64,000 nt of DNA from an uncultured Solirubrobacterales bacterium (GTDB lineage Bacteria > Actinomycetota > Thermoleophilia > Solirubrobacterales > 70-9). Positions 28,026-36,958 of the stretch are shown here, one piece after another. The stretch's first letter is position 1. Every line of letters begins with the position of its first letter. Under the pieces are notes generated by a model. It made no database searches. It saw only the letters and a list, made by a program, of their open reading frames with translations, and was not told the origin of the DNA. The DNA lies in the NCBI GenBank assembly GCA_963722175.1, contig CAVRKA010000001.1, forward strand, positions 117,555 to 181,554. The letters run 5' to 3'. The position numbers and the translations under genes are program-made.

Positions 28026-28620
28026 GAAACCGCCGCGGCTGATCCTCGCCTCGGCCTCGCCGCGCCGGCGCGAGATCCTCGAGCGGCTCGGCGTCGCCTT
28101 CGAGGCTGTCGTGCCCGACGTCGAGGAGCTCACCGAGGGCGATCCGGGGACGGTCGTGCTCGAAAACGCGCGTCGCAAGGCGCGGGCAGGTCTCGTTCTC
28201 GCACGCTCCCCGGAAATTCGAACTTCCGGGGAGGGCCTCTGGGACCGTCTGCCTGTCCTGGGGGTCGACACCGACGTCGCCCTCGACGGCCGCCTGCTGG
28301 GCAAAGCCGGTGACGAGGCCGGCGCCGGCGAGCGGCTGAAGGCGCTGTCCGGGCGCAGCCACGAGGTGCTCAGCGGCGTGGTCGTCCTCGACGGCTCGGA
28401 CGAGCTGTTCGCCGTCGCCCGCACCGAGGTCACCTTCAACGAGCTCGACCCGCAAACGATCGACCTCTATCTCGCCTCCGGCGAGTGGCGCGACCGCGCC
28501 GGCGCCTACGCGATCCAGGGCCTCGGCGCGATCCTGATCGACTCGATTCGCGGCGACTTCTCGAACGTCGTCGGTCTCCCGGTGCCGACCCTGTTCGAGC
28601 TGATCCCGGCGCTGCGCTGA
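27985..28620 (+). CDS. maf: Maf-like nucleoside triphosphate pyrophosphatase (septum formation protein)
   Basis: [17 protein letters not shown]......VEE... plus ...LGVDT.V... and ...[11 protein letters not shown]...I..I.GD..NVVGLP. The start is uncertain because ATG 27985 overlaps ndk by 41 nt. Confidence 0.8.
   Translation: MSPPSAKSRSGSPEKPPRLILASASPRRREILERLGVAFEAVVPDVEELTEGDPGTVVLENARRKARAGLVLARSPEIRTSGEGLWDRLPVLGVDTDVALDGRLLGKAGDEAGAGERLKALSGRSHEVLSGVVVLDGSDELFAVARTEVTFNELDPQTIDLYLASGEWRDRAGAYAIQGLGAILIDSIRGDFSNVVGLPVPTLFELIPALR
28206..28233. repeat. 28-nt near-perfect palindrome inside the maf coding sequence
   Basis: CTCCCCGGAA-ATTCGAAC-TTCCGGGGAG has 10-bp perfect arms, and the central 8 nt contain the TTCGAA palindrome. 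It is locally less GC-rich than its surroundings. Confidence 0.75.
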
Positions 28621-28679
28621 GCGCAGGGGCGAGCCGCGCGGCGACGAATACGGTCGCACAACGACGACAGGAGGACAGA

Positions 28680-29126
28680 ATGCGTAAGCGATTGGCGATC
28701 ACGGTCGCCGCGACGACGCTGGCCGCCGCGATCGCGATCCCGGCGGTCGCCGGCGGCGCGACCCGGATCACCACGAAGATGACCGGCGCTCAGATCGTGA
28801 ACCCGAACGGCGGGGATCCCAACGGAACCGCGAAGCTCGTGCTGCGGGTCAACCGGGTCAAGGCGCGGATCTGCTTCCGGCTTCAGAGCGACGGCCTGAG
28901 CACGGTCACCGGCGCCTTCCTCCACAAGGGAGACGCGGGCCAGATCGCCCGGCCGATCATCACCCTGTTCAACACCTCCGAGCCGGGCACCGGCACGGTC
29001 AAGGGCTGCGAGCACAACATCCGCAGCCGCCTGATCAAGCGCCTGAAGCGCAAGCCGACCGACCACTACGCGGACGTCACCACGAGGAGCTACCCCGACG
29101 GAGCGGTTCGCGGTCAGCTGCGCTGA
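28680..29126 (+). CDS. Secreted CHRD domain protein
   Basis: ATG at 28680 is preceded by CAGGAGGA. Signal peptide MRKRLAITVAATTLAAAIAIPAVAG. ...GDPNGTA....V.......CF.L......T.AFLHKG.AG......Y.DV.T...P.GAVRGQL matches the CHRD pattern. Confidence 0.7.
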   Translation: MRKRLAITVAATTLAAAIAIPAVAGGATRITTKMTGAQIVNPNGGDPNGTAKLVLRVNRVKARICFRLQSDGLSTVTGAFLHKGDAGQIARPIITLFNTSEPGTGTVKGCEHNIRSRLIKRLKRKPTDHYADVTTRSYPDGAVRGQLR

Positions 29127-29230
29127 TCGCCGGCCCGCGCGGCGCCGCCGGGTCGGCGCCGCGCGGCTCCGTTGTTCGCGCCGGCCTTGCCCTTCTTGCT
29201 CACCTTGCTGCAGCGGAAGCTCCTGCTCAT
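29114..29230 (-). CDS. Candidate 38-aa basic micro-ORF
   Basis: GGAGG lies 8 nt upstream of ATG (29230). The product is MSRSFRCSKVSKKGKAGANNGAARRRPGGAARAGDQRS. About 33 of 37 codons end in G/C. Its 3' end overlaps the CHRD gene stop, and the ORF contains the hairpin at 29135-29166. Confidence 0.25.
   Translation of the reverse strand: MSRSFRCSKVSKKGKAGANNGAARRRPGGAARAGDQRS
29135..29166 (+). terminator. GC-rich hairpin downstream of the CHRD gene
   Basis: CCGCGCGGCGCC (29135-29146) and GGCGCCGCGCGG (29155-29166) form a 12-bp stem with an 8-nt loop, followed by CTCCGTTGTTCG (weak U-tract). Confidence 0.4.
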
Positions 29231-29300
29231 CCCGCGAAACCTCCGAAAACCCTAAGGCGAACATTTAGCCTTAGAGTTTTTCAGAGGGCTCGATTCCGGC

Positions 29301-29328
29301 TTGAGGGATCGAAACCATCGTCTACACT
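29301..29328 (+). promoter_or_regulatory. Putative sigma-70-like promoter of mreB
   Basis: TTGAGG (29301-29306), 16-nt spacer, TACACT (29323-29328), about 35 nt upstream of the mreB ATG. It sits in a lower-GC stretch. Confidence 0.35.
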
Positions 29329-29362
29329 CGGGCTCGGGTCGCACCTCGCGGCCGACCTTGTT

Positions 29363-30418
29363 ATGGGCTTCTTTCGGAACCTCACCGGCTTCGGCGGCCG
29401 CGACATGGCGGTCGACCTCGGGACCGCGAACACGCTCGTCTACGTGCGTGGGCGCGGGATCGTGCTGTCCGAGCCCTCGGTGGTCGCCGTCGACTCGGTG
29501 ACCGGCGAGGTGCAGGCGGTCGGTGTCGACGCGAAGCGGATGCTCGGGCGCACGCCCGGCAACATCACCGCGATCCGTCCGCTCAAGGACGGGGTGATCG
29601 CCGACTTCGACGTCACCGAGGAGATGCTGCGCCACTTCATCCAGCGCGTGCATCAGAACCGCTTCGCCCACCCGCGGGTCGTCGTGTGCGTCCCCTCGGG
29701 GGTGACCGGGGTCGAGAAGCGCGCGGTCGAGGAGGCCTGCCTGTCGGCCGGGGCCCGTCAGGCGTATCTGATCGAGGAGCCGATGGCGGCGGCGATCGGC
29801 GCCGGGCTCCCGGTCGCCGACCCGACCGGTTCGATGATCCTCGACATCGGCGGCGGCACCAGCGAGGTCGCGGTGATCTCCCTCGGCGGGATCGTCGTCT
29901 CCGAGTCGATCCGCGTCGGCGGCGACGAGATGGACGACGCCATCGTCGCCCACTGCAAGCAGCACCACAAGCTGCTGATCGGCCAGCAGACGGCCGAGGA
30001 GGTGAAGCTCGAGATCGGCTCGGCGGCTCCGCTGTCGAGCGAGGCGACCACCGAGATCCGCGGCCGCGACCTGGTCACCGGCCTGCCGAACACGGTCGAG
30101 CTGACCTCGACCGAGATCCGCACCGCGCTCGAGGAGCCGGTCAGCCAGATCGTCGCGGCGGTCCGGGAGACGCTCGACCGCACCCCGCCCGAGCTCGCCG
30201 GCGACATCATGGACCGCGGGATCACCCTCGCCGGCGGCGGCGCGCTGCTCCAGGGGATCGACGCGCGAATGCGCGCGGAGTGCCAGATGCCCTGCCAGGT
30301 GACCGAGTCGCCCCTGACCTGCGTGGCGGTGGGCTCCGGGCGCTCGCTCGAGGAGTTCGAGGTCATCCACCGGATGCAGCGCACGTCCGGCCGACGGCGG
30401 GTCGGGGCGGTTGCGTAG
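29363..30418 (+). CDS. mreB: Rod shape-determining protein MreB
   Basis: 351 aa. Actin-fold motifs DLGTANTLVY, ...IDIGGGT.EVAVIS..G.. and GI.L.GGGALL.G. Confidence 0.95.
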   Translation: MGFFRNLTGFGGRDMAVDLGTANTLVYVRGRGIVLSEPSVVAVDSVTGEVQAVGVDAKRMLGRTPGNITAIRPLKDGVIADFDVTEEMLRHFIQRVHQNRFAHPRVVVCVPSGVTGVEKRAVEEACLSAGARQAYLIEEPMAAAIGAGLPVADPTGSMILDIGGGTSEVAVISLGGIVVSESIRVGGDEMDDAIVAHCKQHHKLLIGQQTAEEVKLEIGSAAPLSSEATTEIRGRDLVTGLPNTVELTSTEIRTALEEPVSQIVAAVRETLDRTPPELAGDIMDRGITLAGGGALLQGIDARMRAECQMPCQVTESPLTCVAVGSGRSLEEFEVIHRMQRTSGRRRVGAVA

Positions 30419-30420
30419 CG

Positions 30421-31296
30421 ATGTACCGCAAGCAGGTCCGCAGGCGCAGGGCGGTGCTCGTCGCCCTGATCGTGCTCTCGCTGGTGTTGCTCTCATCGCA
30501 CTTCTCGGAGGCCGAGAGCGGCCCGCTGCACGCGATCCAGCGTGGCGTGGCGACGATCTTCGCCCCGGTCGGCGAGGTCGCCGAGCGGGCGCTGAAGCCG
30601 GTCCGCGACCTGGTCAACTGGTTCGACGAGACCTTCGATGCGCGAGGCGAGAACGAGGACCTGCGCGCGGAGGTCGCGAAGCTGCGAGCCCAGCTGGTCG
30701 CGGCCGAGGATGCCGAGGGCGACAACGAGCAATTCCGCAAGCTGCTCGGGCTCGCTGACAAGGACCCCGGCCTGGCCGAGTACGACCTCGTCACCGGGCG
30801 CGTGATCGGACGCTCGCCGACGGTCTGGTTCGCCGACGTGACGATCGACAAGGGATCGAGCTCGCAGATCGAGCGCAACGACGCGGTGATCAACGGCGAC
30901 GGCCTGGTCGGCAGGGTCAGCGACGTCACCTCGGGCACCGCGCAGGTGCAGCTGATCACCGATCACGACAACGCGGTCTCGGCGCAGGTATTGCCGTCCG
31001 GGCCGACCGGGATCGTCGAGCCGGAGGTCGGCGACCCCGAGGACCTGCTGCTCGACTTCATCGACAACGACGAGACGATCCAGGAGAACCAGACGCTGGC
31101 GACCGCGGGCTGGTCGAACGGCTTGATCTCCTCGGCCTACCCGCCGGGGATCCCGATCGGCCGCGTGAGCGAGGCCGAGGAGGCCTCCCAGCAGCGCTTC
31201 CAGCGGGTCCACGTGACCCCGTTCGCCGATCTCCGCCAGCTCGAGTGGGTCCAGGTGCTAACCGGCGGCCCGGAGCGCCCGGGGGTGCCCGGATGA
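30421..31296 (+). CDS. mreC: Rod shape-determining protein MreC
   Basis: ATG at 30421 within ORF 29686..31296. It has an N-terminal TM, a coiled coil (ENEDLRAEVAKLRAQL) and beta-barrel-domain-like ...VI..DGLVGRV......A.V.LI.D.... Confidence 0.85.
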   Translation: MYRKQVRRRRAVLVALIVLSLVLLSSHFSEAESGPLHAIQRGVATIFAPVGEVAERALKPVRDLVNWFDETFDARGENEDLRAEVAKLRAQLVAAEDAEGDNEQFRKLLGLADKDPGLAEYDLVTGRVIGRSPTVWFADVTIDKGSSSQIERNDAVINGDGLVGRVSDVTSGTAQVQLITDHDNAVSAQVLPSGPTGIVEPEVGDPEDLLLDFIDNDETIQENQTLATAGWSNGLISSAYPPGIPIGRVSEAEEASQQRFQRVHVTPFADLRQLEWVQVLTGGPERPGVPG

Positions 31297-31925
31297 TCGT
31301 CACCCCGCGAATCGCCGTGCGGCTGGCGCTGATCGTGATCGCCGCGGTGATCATTCAGGTCTCCTTCTTCTCCTTCCTCTCGATCCTCGGCGCGACGCCC
31401 TACGTCGTCCCGGTCGTGATCGTCTCCCTCGGGCTGCTCGGCGGCGGCGTCGTCGGCGCCGTCTGCGGGTTCTTCGCGGGTCTGCTGATCGATTCGCTGC
31501 TCCTCCACACGCTGGGCGTCTCGTCGCTGGTGCTGCTGTCGATCGGCTACCTCGCCGGGCGCTATCGCGAGGGCTTCGAGATCCGCGGCGCGGTCGTCCC
31601 CGCGTTGCTCACCGGCGGCTTCACCCTGGTCGCCGCCGCCGGCTTCGCCGCGATCGAGCTGATGCTCGGCGTCGATGCCGCGGTCAGCCTGCTCGTCGTT
31701 CGCGAGATCCTGATCCAGGCGCTGCTCGCGGTCCTGCTGGCCTTCGCCGTCTACCCGCTCGTCCGCCGCGCCCTCGGCGCGGCGCTGGTCGACTATCAGC
31801 CGTCGAGCCGGCTGCTCGTTCCCGGACGGGCGCGCCGCCGCCGCAGTCCACGCCGCGGTCGCGGCCTCGAACATGCCGCGCCCCGCCGCCGCGGCCGCCG
31901 TGCCCCGATCCACGGGGGGGTCTGA
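31293..31925 (+). CDS. mreD: Rod shape-determining protein MreD
   Basis: ATG overlaps the mreC stop (ATGA). It is a polytopic small membrane protein in the canonical mreBCD position and has an Arg-rich C-terminal tail. Confidence 0.7.
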   Translation: MIVTPRIAVRLALIVIAAVIIQVSFFSFLSILGATPYVVPVVIVSLGLLGGGVVGAVCGFFAGLLIDSLLLHTLGVSSLVLLSIGYLAGRYREGFEIRGAVVPALLTGGFTLVAAAGFAAIELMLGVDAAVSLLVVREILIQALLAVLLAFAVYPLVRRALGAALVDYQPSSRLLVPGRARRRRSPRRGRGLEHAAPRRRGRRAPIHGGV

Positions 31926-33871
31926 TGGGACCGTCGCTGGGCTCTGACTGGCGCGGCTCGCCGCCGCCCGCGCAGCTCGCGCTCCGCGTGGCGATCCTCG
32001 GCGGGATCGGGCTGATCGCCTTCGCGATCGTCTTCCTGCGCCTCTGGTACCTCGAGGTCCTCTCCGGCGAGAAGTACCTGGCCGAGGCCCAGAACAACCA
32101 GGTGCGCGAGTTCACGGTCCAGGCGCCGCGCGGCCGGGTCGTCGACCGCCATGGCGAGGTCCTGGTCGACAACCGGACGGCACTCGAGCTGCAGGTCAAG
32201 GAAACGGAGCTGCCGCGGAGCAGCGAACGCCGGGCGCGGCTGTTCCGCCGCGTCGGCGAGATCGCCGACCTTCGCCCGGAGCAGATCCGCAACAAGATCC
32301 GCGCCGAGGCGAAGGCGTGCCCCGCCTGCCCGGCCACCCTGCGCCGCGACGTCCCCTACGACACCGTCTATTACGTCCGCGAGAACCAGCGTCACTTCCC
32401 GGGCGTCTCGGTTGAGCGCGTCTACGTTCGCCACTATCCGCAGGGGACGCTGGCCGCGCATCTGCTCGGCTACGCCGGCGAGGTCGACTCGACCCAGCTC
32501 GATGATCCGCGCTACGAGGCGTTGCAGCCCGGCGACCAGGTCGGCAAGGAGGGGATCGAGTACGCCTACGACAGCCTCCTGCGGGGCAGCAACGGGACCA
32601 GCCGCGTCCAGGTGGACGCCGCGGGCCAGCCGACCGGCGGGCGCCTGTCCGAGCGCGAGCCGGTGCCCGGCAACAACCTCGTGCTCTCGATCGACGACGC
32701 GATCCAGGGCGCCGGCGAGACCGCGGTCGCGGGGACCGGGCTGCCGGGCGGGTTCGTGGCGATGAACATCAACAGCGGCCAGCTCTACGGGATCGGCTCC
32801 AGCCCCAGCTACGACCCGTCGATCTTCGCCAAGCCGCGGGTGCCGCAGTCGACCTACAACTCGCTGATCTCGGTCGCCAACGGCGCCCCGCTGGTCAACC
32901 GGGCGACCAACGGCCTCTATCCGACCGGCTCGACCTTCAAGCCGATCACCGCCCTGGCAGCGCTCGACTCCGGGAACCTCGGCCTCAGCGAGATCATCAA
33001 CGACCCGGGCGAGATCCGGTTCGGCGACCAGGTGTTCCAGAACGCCGGGCACGCCATCAACGGCGCGATCAGCCTGCGCGACGCGCTCAAGGTGAGCTCC
33101 GACGTCTTCTTCTACACGCTCGGTGGCCGCATGAACGTCGACAGTGGCGAAGGCGGCGCGCTGCAGCAATGGGCTCGCGCGCTCGGGCTCGGGGAGCCCA
33201 CCGGCCTCGACGTCGGCGGCGAGGGCTCGGGGAAGGTGCCGACGCCGCAGGAGCGGAACCGCAACTACGAGCGCAACACCGACCCCGAGTCGGGCTGCGG
33301 CGAGGAGGTGTGCCTCGAGAAGGGCGAGGTCACCGACCGGCCCTGGTCGATCGGCGACAACGTCAACCTCTCGGTCGGCCAGGGCGACCTGCAGGCCGAT
33401 CCGCTGCAGATGGCGGTCGCCTACGCGGCGATCGCCAACGGCGGCGACATCGTGCGGCCCCACGTCGGACTCCGGGTCGAGGACCCGCACGGCCGCACGA
33501 TCCAGGAGATCGACCCGGCGGTCCGCGACCACGTGGAGATCGATCCCGCCGCGCAGCGGACGATCCTGGACGGTCTGCGCGGCGCGGCGATGGAGCCCGG
33601 CGGCACCTCCTACAGCGTCTTCGGCGGCTATCCGGTCGAGATCGCCGGGAAGACCGGTACGGCCGAGACCGGGATCGGGATCGACCAGTCCTGGTACATG
33701 GCCCTGGCGCCGTACGACGACCCGAAGTACGTGGTCGCGGTGACGATCGAGCGCGGCGGTTTCGGCGTCGACACGGCGGCCCCGGTGGCTCGCCAGATCC
33801 TGGACGAGTTGCTCGGCGTCAAGGAGTCGAAGATCGAGGACGTCAGCGCGGCGGGAGCGACGCTCGAGTGA
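31925..33871 (+). CDS. mrdA: Penicillin-binding protein 2 (elongasome transpeptidase)
   Basis: 648 aa. It has an N-terminal TM, a PBP dimerisation domain, the catalytic STFK motif (YPTGSTFKPITA) and KTGTA near the C-terminus. Confidence 0.9.
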   Translation: MGPSLGSDWRGSPPPAQLALRVAILGGIGLIAFAIVFLRLWYLEVLSGEKYLAEAQNNQVREFTVQAPRGRVVDRHGEVLVDNRTALELQVKETELPRSSERRARLFRRVGEIADLRPEQIRNKIRAEAKACPACPATLRRDVPYDTVYYVRENQRHFPGVSVERVYVRHYPQGTLAAHLLGYAGEVDSTQLDDPRYEALQPGDQVGKEGIEYAYDSLLRGSNGTSRVQVDAAGQPTGGRLSEREPVPGNNLVLSIDDAIQGAGETAVAGTGLPGGFVAMNINSGQLYGIGSSPSYDPSIFAKPRVPQSTYNSLISVANGAPLVNRATNGLYPTGSTFKPITALAALDSGNLGLSEIINDPGEIRFGDQVFQNAGHAINGAISLRDALKVSSDVFFYTLGGRMNVDSGEGGALQQWARALGLGEPTGLDVGGEGSGKVPTPQERNRNYERNTDPESGCGEEVCLEKGEVTDRPWSIGDNVNLSVGQGDLQADPLQMAVAYAAIANGGDIVRPHVGLRVEDPHGRTIQEIDPAVRDHVEIDPAAQRTILDGLRGAAMEPGGTSYSVFGGYPVEIAGKTGTAETGIGIDQSWYMALAPYDDPKYVVAVTIERGGFGVDTAAPVARQILDELLGVKESKIEDVSAAGATLE

Positions 33872-35070
33872 TGGAGGCCTACCGCCGACCCCATCCCGCC
33901 CCGTTCGAGCGCTCGCGCGAGACGCTGATCGAGCGCAGCGGTTTCGGGCGGCTCGATCCGATCCTGCTGTTCGCCGGGGTCGCGCTGATCGCGTTCAGCA
34001 TCTACACGCTCGGCGTCGCGACCACAGAGGATGTTCCCGGCAACCCCTACTACTACGTCGTCCGCCAATCGATCTACGCGGTCGTCGGGATCGCGCTGAT
34101 GCTCGCGGTGGCGCGGGTCGACTACTCGCGCTTCCGCGAGCTCCGGGTCGGGATCTATACGGCAATGATCGGGATGATCGTGCTCGTCCTGCTGCTCGGC
34201 GAGGCGACCCGCGGCTCGCGCCGCTGGATCGAGCTGCCGTTCTTCACCTTCCAGCCTTCCGAGCTCGGCAAGGTGCTGCTCATCGTCACCCTCGCCGCCT
34301 TCGTGATCGACCGCTCGCGGCGGCGCTCCGACGCCCAGCGGACAGTGCGGATCCTGGCCCTCGGCCTGTTTCCGGCGGCGCTCGTCTTCCTCCAGCCGGA
34401 CCTGGGCACGGCGCTCGTCTACGCGGTGATCACGCTCGCCGTCCTGTTCGTCGCCGGGGTCCGCTGGACCCACTTCGCCGCGATGCTCGGCGGGGCGGCG
34501 GCGATGGTCGCAATCGTGCTCGTGATCGCTCCCGCCCTCGGTACCCCTATCCTGGCTGACTACCAGCAGGACCGCCTGACCGCGTTCCTGCACCCCAGCG
34601 ACGACCCCAGGGACTCCAGCTATCAGATCAATCAAGCTCTGATCGCCGTAGGCTCGGGGGGCAAGACAGGACGCGGCGATGACGCAACCCAGACACAAAA
34701 CGGCTTCCTTCCGGAGCGCCACACAGACTTCATCTTCGCCGTCGTCGGCGAACGCTTCGGCTTCGTCGGAGCCGCGTTCCTACTTTCTCTATACGCCCTG
34801 CTGATATGGCGGGCGCTGCGCGTAATGACTGTCTCGAAGAACCTCTACGGCAGCATGATCGCCGGCGGAATCGCCGCGATGCTGATGTTCCAGGTCTTCG
34901 TCAACGTCGGCATGAATCTGGGAATCATGCCGATCACCGGCATCCCCTTGCCGCTGATGAGCTCAGGCGGCTCGTCCGTGATCGTCACCTTCTTGGCGCT
35001 CGGACTGCTGCAGAGCATCTACGTCCAGGCGCAGCTCACCACCTCGAAGCGGGGCTCAACTCCGTTTTGA
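33871..35070 (+). CDS. rodA: SEDS-family peptidoglycan polymerase RodA
   Basis: ATG at 33871 overlaps the mrdA stop. It is polytopic. ...RWI....F.FQPSELGK...QPDLGTA... and ...LPE.HTDFIFA...E..GF.G... are SEDS signatures. Confidence 0.9.
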   Translation: MEAYRRPHPAPFERSRETLIERSGFGRLDPILLFAGVALIAFSIYTLGVATTEDVPGNPYYYVVRQSIYAVVGIALMLAVARVDYSRFRELRVGIYTAMIGMIVLVLLLGEATRGSRRWIELPFFTFQPSELGKVLLIVTLAAFVIDRSRRRSDAQRTVRILALGLFPAALVFLQPDLGTALVYAVITLAVLFVAGVRWTHFAAMLGGAAAMVAIVLVIAPALGTPILADYQQDRLTAFLHPSDDPRDSSYQINQALIAVGSGGKTGRGDDATQTQNGFLPERHTDFIFAVVGERFGFVGAAFLLSLYALLIWRALRVMTVSKNLYGSMIAGGIAAMLMFQVFVNVGMNLGIMPITGIPLPLMSSGGSSVIVTFLALGLLQSIYVQAQLTTSKRGSTPF

Positions 35071-35105
35071 GGTGATTTGAACTGAAGAAGCGAATTCTCG
35101 TTTCC

Positions 35106-36947
35106 GTGGACGCGGGTGAAACCCGCGTTGCGGTACTCGAAGGCAAGGGGTCGGCGCGCCAGCAAGGGCGCGACGGCTCGAAGAACAAGAACGCCGGCAT
35201 GAAAGTGGGCGAGCTGTACGTCGAGCGACGCAGCTCGCGCTCGATCGTCGGCAACATCTACAAGGGGGTGGTCGACAACGTCCTCCCGGGGATGGAGGCC
35301 GCCTTCGTCGATATCGGCCTGGAGCGAAACGGCTTCCTGCACGTCGACGAGATCGTCACCGCCGACGGGAAGAAGGCGCCTCGGCGCGGCCACGGCCACG
35401 GGCGGCGGATCGACGAGCTCATCAAGCCCAAGCAGGAGGTCCTCGTGCAGGTGGTCAAGGATCCGCTGAAGTCGAAGGGCGCCCGCCTTTCGATGCAGAT
35501 CTCGATCGCCGGGCGCTACCTCGTCTTCATGCCGAACGGCGCCGGGGTCGGCGCCTCGCGGCGGATGCCCGACGCCGAGCGCGACCGACAGCGCAAGCTG
35601 TTGCAGAAGCTCCACGATGGGAACGGCGGCGTGATCGTGCGCACCGCGGCGCAGGGCGCCCGCAAGGGCGACTTCGAGCGCGACCTCGACTATCTGAAGA
35701 AGCTGCACGAGGTGATGGTGCGGAGGGCCGAGGAGGTCAAGGCGCCGAACCTCGTCTTCCAGGAGGCCGACCTCTCGATCCGGGTGCTGCGCGACGTGCT
35801 GACGAAGGAGTTCGACGGCGCCGTGATCGACGACCCGAAGCAGCACCACCGCGTGACCAGCTTCTTCCAGCGCACCGCGCCGGAGCTCGTCGAGTTCGTC
35901 GAGCTCTACGAGGGCGCCGAGCCGCTGCTCGAGCGCGAGGGCGCGGCCGAGGCGTTCGACCAGGTCCTGACCCGGCGGGCAGACCTGCCCTCCGGCGGCT
36001 ACCTGATGATCGACTACGCGGAGGCGCTGACCGTGATCGACGTCAACACCGGCAGCTTCACCGGGCGCGGCAAGGGCCGGCTCGAGGACACGATCACCAA
36101 GGTCAATGTCGAGGCGGCGGAGGAGGTCGTGCGCCAGATGCGGCTGCGGGACATCGGCGGGATCATCGTCATCGACTTCATCGACATGGCGAAGGCGAAG
36201 AACCGCGACCAGGTCCTGAAGACGCTGAAGAAGGCGCTCGACGCCGACAAGACGAAGTCGTACGTGATGGAGGTCTCGCCGCTGGGACTGGTCGAGATGA
36301 CACGCCAGAACGTCACCGACGGGGTCCGCGAGATCCTCACCCATCGCTGCCCGACCTGCGACGGCGAGGGCGTCGTGCGCTCCGCGGAGACGATGGCGAT
36401 CGAGGTGATCCGCAAGCTCCGCCTGCTCGCCGCCGACGAGCCGGCGCCCGAGGCGTTCCTGATCCGGGTCAACCCGAACGTCGCCGCCGAGCTGGTCACC
36501 GAGGGCAGCGGCCTGGTCGAGCTCGAGGAGGAAACCGGCAAGCACTTCCACTTCGAGGGAGGCGAGGCGCTTGCGATCGACACCTATGAGGTCGTCGACC
36601 GCGGCAGCCGGGGCGAGATCGAGGAGCGGGCGCTTCCCTTCCGGGTCGGCGAGGAGGTCCTGGTGACGATCGAGGAGCCGCACATGTACAACGCCGACGA
36701 CGCGATCGCCCGGGTCGACTCCTACATCGTCAGCGTCGCCGGGGGCGGCGGCCACGTCGGCGAGCGGCGGATGGTGGCGATCGAGAGCGTCGCCCGGTCG
36801 GCTGCGACCGCGTCGCTGCTGGACGAGAACGGGCAGAAAATCGAGAAGCTAGAATCGCCCGCTCCCTCTTCGAGACGCCGCGGCCGTCGCGGCGGCCGGC
36901 GCCGCAGCCGGGCGGGCAGCGAGAGCGGCTCGGGCGACGAGGGCTGA
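35106..36947 (+). CDS. rne: Ribonuclease E/G
   Basis: S1 domain GNIYKGVVDNVLPGMEAAFVDIGLERNGFLHV. Catalytic core ...VIDVNTGSF.G... An Arg-rich tail follows. The start may be CTG at 35082, since in-frame LKKRILVS precedes the GTG at 35106. Confidence 0.85.
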   Translation: MDAGETRVAVLEGKGSARQQGRDGSKNKNAGMKVGELYVERRSSRSIVGNIYKGVVDNVLPGMEAAFVDIGLERNGFLHVDEIVTADGKKAPRRGHGHGRRIDELIKPKQEVLVQVVKDPLKSKGARLSMQISIAGRYLVFMPNGAGVGASRRMPDAERDRQRKLLQKLHDGNGGVIVRTAAQGARKGDFERDLDYLKKLHEVMVRRAEEVKAPNLVFQEADLSIRVLRDVLTKEFDGAVIDDPKQHHRVTSFFQRTAPELVEFVELYEGAEPLLEREGAAEAFDQVLTRRADLPSGGYLMIDYAEALTVIDVNTGSFTGRGKGRLEDTITKVNVEAAEEVVRQMRLRDIGGIIVIDFIDMAKAKNRDQVLKTLKKALDADKTKSYVMEVSPLGLVEMTRQNVTDGVREILTHRCPTCDGEGVVRSAETMAIEVIRKLRLLAADEPAPEAFLIRVNPNVAAELVTEGSGLVELEEETGKHFHFEGGEALAIDTYEVVDRGSRGEIEERALPFRVGEEVLVTIEEPHMYNADDAIARVDSYIVSVAGGGGHVGERRMVAIESVARSAATASLLDENGQKIEKLESPAPSSRRRGRRGGRRRSRAGSESGSGDEG

Positions 36948-36958
36948 GACGAACGACC

